Assembly: GCF_000143415.4 (NCBI RefSeq)
Contig: NW_003314280.1
Coordinates: 1,426,894 to 1,490,893, forward strand
Length of the DNA: 64,000 bases
Reading direction: 5' to 3'
From: Selaginella moellendorffii
Taxonomy: Eukaryota > Plantae > Lycopodiophyta
Shown: positions 59,600 through 64,000 of the stretch, one piece after another
Numbering within the stretch: position 1 is the stretch's first letter
Layout of the letters: each line of letters begins with the position of its first letter
Position numbers and translations under genes: made by a program
Notes under the pieces: model-generated
Seen by the model: the letters and a program-made list of their open reading frames with translations, nothing else
Told to the model about the DNA's origin: nothing
Databases searched by the model: none

Positions 59600-59900
59600 C
59601 ACTTTCTCTAATGGCTGTTCCATTTCAATTTTTGATGGATCTGGAAACTTCTCAAGCTGGAGGTCCCCATCCTCAAAGGCAAGGGAGTTTGGGGAATTGT
59701 CAACGGACACAAGCTGAAGCCAGAAGCTGATGCAGAGTATCAGAAGGTGGATAGTTGGAGTTGGCGTGAGGACAAGGACACAATAACGATTCATGTTAGA
59801 TTACATGATGATTTCCTCCATGATGGCAAGTATGGCACAACTAAGCTAAAGCTTATAGACCCCATCTCCATATAGAGATGGCCAATCAAGACATGCATCT
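59600..59900 (+). mobile_element. Possible decayed Copia-type gag N-terminus
   Basis: IFDGSGNFSSW...LKA..LW-like pattern across a frameshift, in CpG-poor sequence. Confidence 0.3.
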
Positions 59901-62149
59901 ATTGCTTGTGCTTCTCATACAGCTTCTTCCAGAGCTCATTGATGGTGTAATTCTTGTTGAGGGTGAGATCAGAAGGATGTTTGGATTTTCCATTTTAAAT
60001 TTGATCAAGCCTTGTTTGCAAGAATCTCTTCTAAGTTAAGAAGAACAACAACAAAGTTTTGAAGGAAGTTTTCCAAAGTGAAGGAGAGAGACATAGAGTC
60101 CAAAAAGGACTCCGAGAAGAAGTTGTCTTCTGGTTATTGCAACAAATTTAACCATGATGAGTCTGAATACAGGTTGAAAATAAAAGACATTCAATAATAG
60201 TTAGAGGATTTTAAATCTTCAAAACCTATAATTCATTATGGATGATGTTATATGAAGTTTGTGTTGCCAAGGTTAAAACTAAGACTTGCAACAATGTCAT
60301 GGTAATTAACTCTTTTGTGACTGATTTTGGAGCCATTATTCACCTGTCTTTCCATAAAGATCATTTTGTCATCTTAGCCAATATACTGCACAGCTAGGAG
60401 ACAATAATGAGCATGGTGTTCATGGTATTAGTGACATCAGAATTTAACTTTGAATTACTTTTTCAAAGATTTATTGTTGCTAACCTGGTTATTAATTTGG
60501 CCATCCATCTTAAATACAAGCAAAAGTCAGCTAGAATGTTCCTTCCAGCCATTATGAATGTGTTTGTGATCACTAACACTATTGTTATTGCAGAAAGGCA
60601 TTGTGCTTGAAAGTGTGTGCCTGCTAGACCCTTCTTTCTATTCATCATCATCTTTATCATAAAGTTGAAAGTGAGATCCAAGAGCTTGGACATTAGCTTT
60701 ATAGGATTTATCAGGTAACTTAAGAGTTCTTTCAAGAGCATTAACATCTCAACCTTCCAAACTTATTAAAATATATAGACTTGCTTAGAAATTATATAAC
60801 AACCCAAATTGTTTTGGGATTTTGTGTATTAAATTCAAATTGGTGTATAGTTATCTATGTGGTAAATTTTGGTACTTAATTTCAGATATATGGTTTTTTC
60901 AAACTCTAAAGCACCATTTATATGGTTTTTCATATATTTTTATAGATAATGTATAGTTTTGTATATAGATTATAGTTCATTTAATACATTGTTCCAAGTG
61001 GTTATTTAAATAGTTTTCTAAAAGTTATACACTATCTGATTATTCATATAGATTATAGTGGTCTCCCACACCACATTCTATACCAATTTATTTTTTTCTA
61101 TTTTGTTCTCTATGTTTCCAAATATTCTATCTATATATTCTATTTAAGCATTCCAATCTATGTAATACTTTTCTTATATAGTTAGGCTTTCTAAAATACT
61201 TTAACATATAATTCAACACTTTAAAAAATTTCTACTTATACTAACTTAAAAGATGAACCTAGGGTTCTATTGGCCATGGCTACTACCATTGACTATTGGT
61301 GGTTTTGGCCACTAGCTGTTGGCCATGGTCGTCGTTGGTTGCCAGCCCTAGCTTTAGCCATTGTGGCTATGGCACTGTCATTAGCTTTAAAGCAACATCA
61401 CTTAAAGGTAAGATTTTTGCTTAAGCAAATCTATAAGGGGACTGGGATATATTTAGAATATGTTTGAATTTTCTAGGATATTGTACCATTTAATGTTTGT
61501 TATTCATTTAGATTAATCTTGTATTTATAATTTATAAACATGTTTATAAATTATAAACTTTTTTAAACCCTTTTTAGTATATTCTTTTTTATTCTATCAT
61601 CTAATGGTTGATATAGATTAATCTTGTGTTTATAAATTACAAACATGCTTATAATTAAAAACCATGTTTGATCAATTAGATTAATAAGTAATAATAAAAT
61701 TACTATTAAGCAAACCAAACATTACTATATGCAACATGTAGGTCACTTTTTTTTTTTGTGTGTTTGGAATCTCATTCCAAATGGAGGAGAATCTGGTCTC
61801 TAATTACACTCTAGAGAGGATATTGATAGGCTACATTGAGAGAATACTAGTGGGATTTGTGATATAACACATATATTTGTTTGTATAATTGTTTTTTAAA
61901 AAAATCATATTTTTTTCTAAAAAATGAGTATTAAAAACTATACAAGGACACTATAATATAAACTAAATAATGAAAACATATCAAAACTAAATGAAGCACT
62001 ATTATGAAATTATTACAAAACTATTCAAAATTTACAAAAACTATACACTAAATTAGATGATGTAATTTTTTTCTATATAGTTTTCTCATATTGGAAGTCT
62101 TATTTCTCTCACTTAATATTTTCATAAAGTTAAATTTTGAAAAACCACA

Positions 62150-62490
62150 TAATATAGCTTGTTGTATGAGGAGCTCTAGGGTGCATAACTTCCAAAAGTT
62201 CCTCCAATGATTGCCATAGGTGGCCAAGACCATCTTAGCTCCACACCCAAAGTTCTTACTAGCAATTGTCCTAGGTCTAGAAGAGAAGATACAATCTTGT
62301 ATCTTGAGGAGTTCCTTGGTAGTGTCACTTGTGGAAATGATGAATGTTCTAGAGTTTGAGGAGCATGAGGTTGTCATACCTCTAAGAGAGCTTTGAGCTT
62401 ATTAAGAAGATGGAGATGGCTGAGGGTTTGGAAGTCTTGAGTAGCAATTTGCCACTATTCCCTTGGTTACCACAGAAGATGAGAGCAATG
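62150..62490 (-). pseudogene. Cytochrome P450 (CYP71-clan) N-terminal fragment
   Basis: FIIST....KELLK.QD.IFSSRP........YG.HWR...KLCTLELL. Truncated and AT-drifted. Confidence 0.75.
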
Positions 62491-63049
62491 CAAAATGTGA
62501 AAATAATCTAAATAACTCTATTGATTTCTTCTTACGATTATATATGAAATTTAAGAAAATAAAAAGTCTATGAACCATTAGTCACTGATGTCTGATAGAA
62601 TTTTAATTAAATTTTGTTAGAGATAGTAAACATGGATTGTTAACCTATTTTAGTCAAACCTGTTATATTACTAATATATATGAGTCGACCCATTGAAATG
62701 ATTATATGCACTTAAATCCTTTATGAGCATCAACTCTTTTAACAAAGTCTAACATAATTTTTACATATCACTGGTTTAATATATAACATAGTATAAAACT
62801 TGGGTTTAGACCCAAGCTATATGCAAAACAAAGAATAACACGATGGAAACTAAATTAATATTTCAAGTGATTAGCGACACTTCCAACCATTATCCCTCCT
62901 ATATATTGCCTTTCCCCTCCAACACTCCTCACCCAACATATGATTACTGCCAGTAGGCAATTGCCACCCTGGGATGTCATAGAGATTGACATTACTGTAC
63001 TTGGCAGCAGCCTGATTGACTCTATGCTCTTTGTGCATTTAGTCGGCAA

Positions 63050-63960
63050 AGCTCATCCATTTGTAGCTCTCCCCAAGAATTTGATAAGTTTTGTCAGAGA
63101 TGAGGCCAAAGTTGCCTTTGAGTTGAGGAGAATGTCGAGGATTGGATTGCCAATCTGGGAGTTAAATGATAAAAGACTTTGATTTTGGTGTGTTGGTATC
63201 CAACTTACAGCTATTCCTTTGAGATTGAACGTGGAAGCTTTTTGTTTGTTGTGGTCGAGGAGATGAGCTGCGAGTTGAGGAACATAGTGTCCTGTTCCAC
63301 GTAAATATATATGAATCTTTGAAGAGTTTTAACAAGATTTTGTACACCTGCGTAGCTTTCACCTGGGGTTGCGTTCTTATACCGGAAATCTTACAAACCA
63401 AGTTTGCAAGAACACAACCAGATCTCTCGCTGGTGTAAAAGATCACAAAGAGGTTTGAAATATAAGAAAACATACATGTCTTCTCGTCATCGTGTTTTTC
63501 TACTTTGTGCGAGTAAGCCCATCCAACTCCAACAGGTGCATCCACGAACAACATATTCGACACTGCCAAGATATCGAAAATAACAAAATCGATCTTTCCA
63601 CTCTCCAATTCTAACCTTGATGCTCGTTTCTAACAAGCCCATCGGATTTGGGACCTGGATGAAAAGGTCCGAGCTCCGTGAAGGCACCAATTCCCACCGA
63701 TGAACACCCGGGACTTGGACTCAAACCAGGGAGGTTTGTTCGCGGGGAAAAGATCTCGTACCTCCATTCAGCCAAATCGTCAGGGGCTTGGTATCGTGAT
63801 TGCTCACAGCCTCCACAAAGTAGTAAAACAGCGCCTTGCTCGAATTCTCGGCATAGTGCTTGAATGGAACCCATGGCTGGCCTGGAAGATTTGGTCCGAG
63901 ATGGGAGCTCCAGCGGCTATCTCAAGCAAAACTAAACTGGAGCCTCGCATCGGGGATCTA
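63050..63960 (-). pseudogene. Serine carboxypeptidase-like (S10) pseudogene
   Basis: [23 protein letters not shown]|PGCSS.G.GAFTELGPF, SNMLFVDAPVGVGWAYS, GESYAG and HYVPQLA. The GY.. and WN segments are deleted and there is a frameshift before GESYAG. Confidence 0.85.
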
Positions 63961-64000
63961 CAAAGGCATATAAAGGAATTTTATCTTCCCATTGGAAAGG

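Noticed and set aside
62790-62820. Small hairpin CTTGGGT-TTAG-ACCCAAG as a Helitron 3' end
   Set aside because: No correctly placed CTRR terminus.

Overview
Gene-dense nuclear DNA from a seed-free land plant. It is most likely a lycophyte such as Selaginella; this is inferred from ~45-75 nt introns, tiny intergenic gaps, four PLS/SS-type PPR genes, a dynein-assembly gene and the TDIF-like CLE peptide HSVPSGPNPVGN. Bases 1-40 kb hold ordinary conserved genes: a GT37 fucosyltransferase, DNAAF4, three PPRs, an H-CLE, an AHK5-like hybrid kinase, a UspA-RLCK VI kinase, a phytolongin, REC/TSS, an ATL RING-H2, an nsLTP, TLP8 and tRNA-Glu. Bases 40-60 kb are a rearranged zone. There, a ZDP/TCAB1/zinc-finger block was duplicated and decayed reciprocally, and an orphan gene predicted to be lipidated sits inside the dead TCAB1 copy. 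The zone also holds three unusual genes: (i) a spliced gene, not visible in the ORF track, encoding a DnaJ/BSD2-type zinc finger with a bacterial Trp-rich TIGR02450/DUF2389-like domain inserted at its tip; (ii) an intronless M32 (Taq-type) carboxypeptidase; (iii) a RAF1-like Rubisco chaperone with only the alpha domain, head-to-head with the M32 gene 50 bp away. The last ~5 kb is mostly AT-rich and full of gene relics (COBRA, Copia gag-like, P450, SCPL). All family calls come from motif recognition, not database searches.
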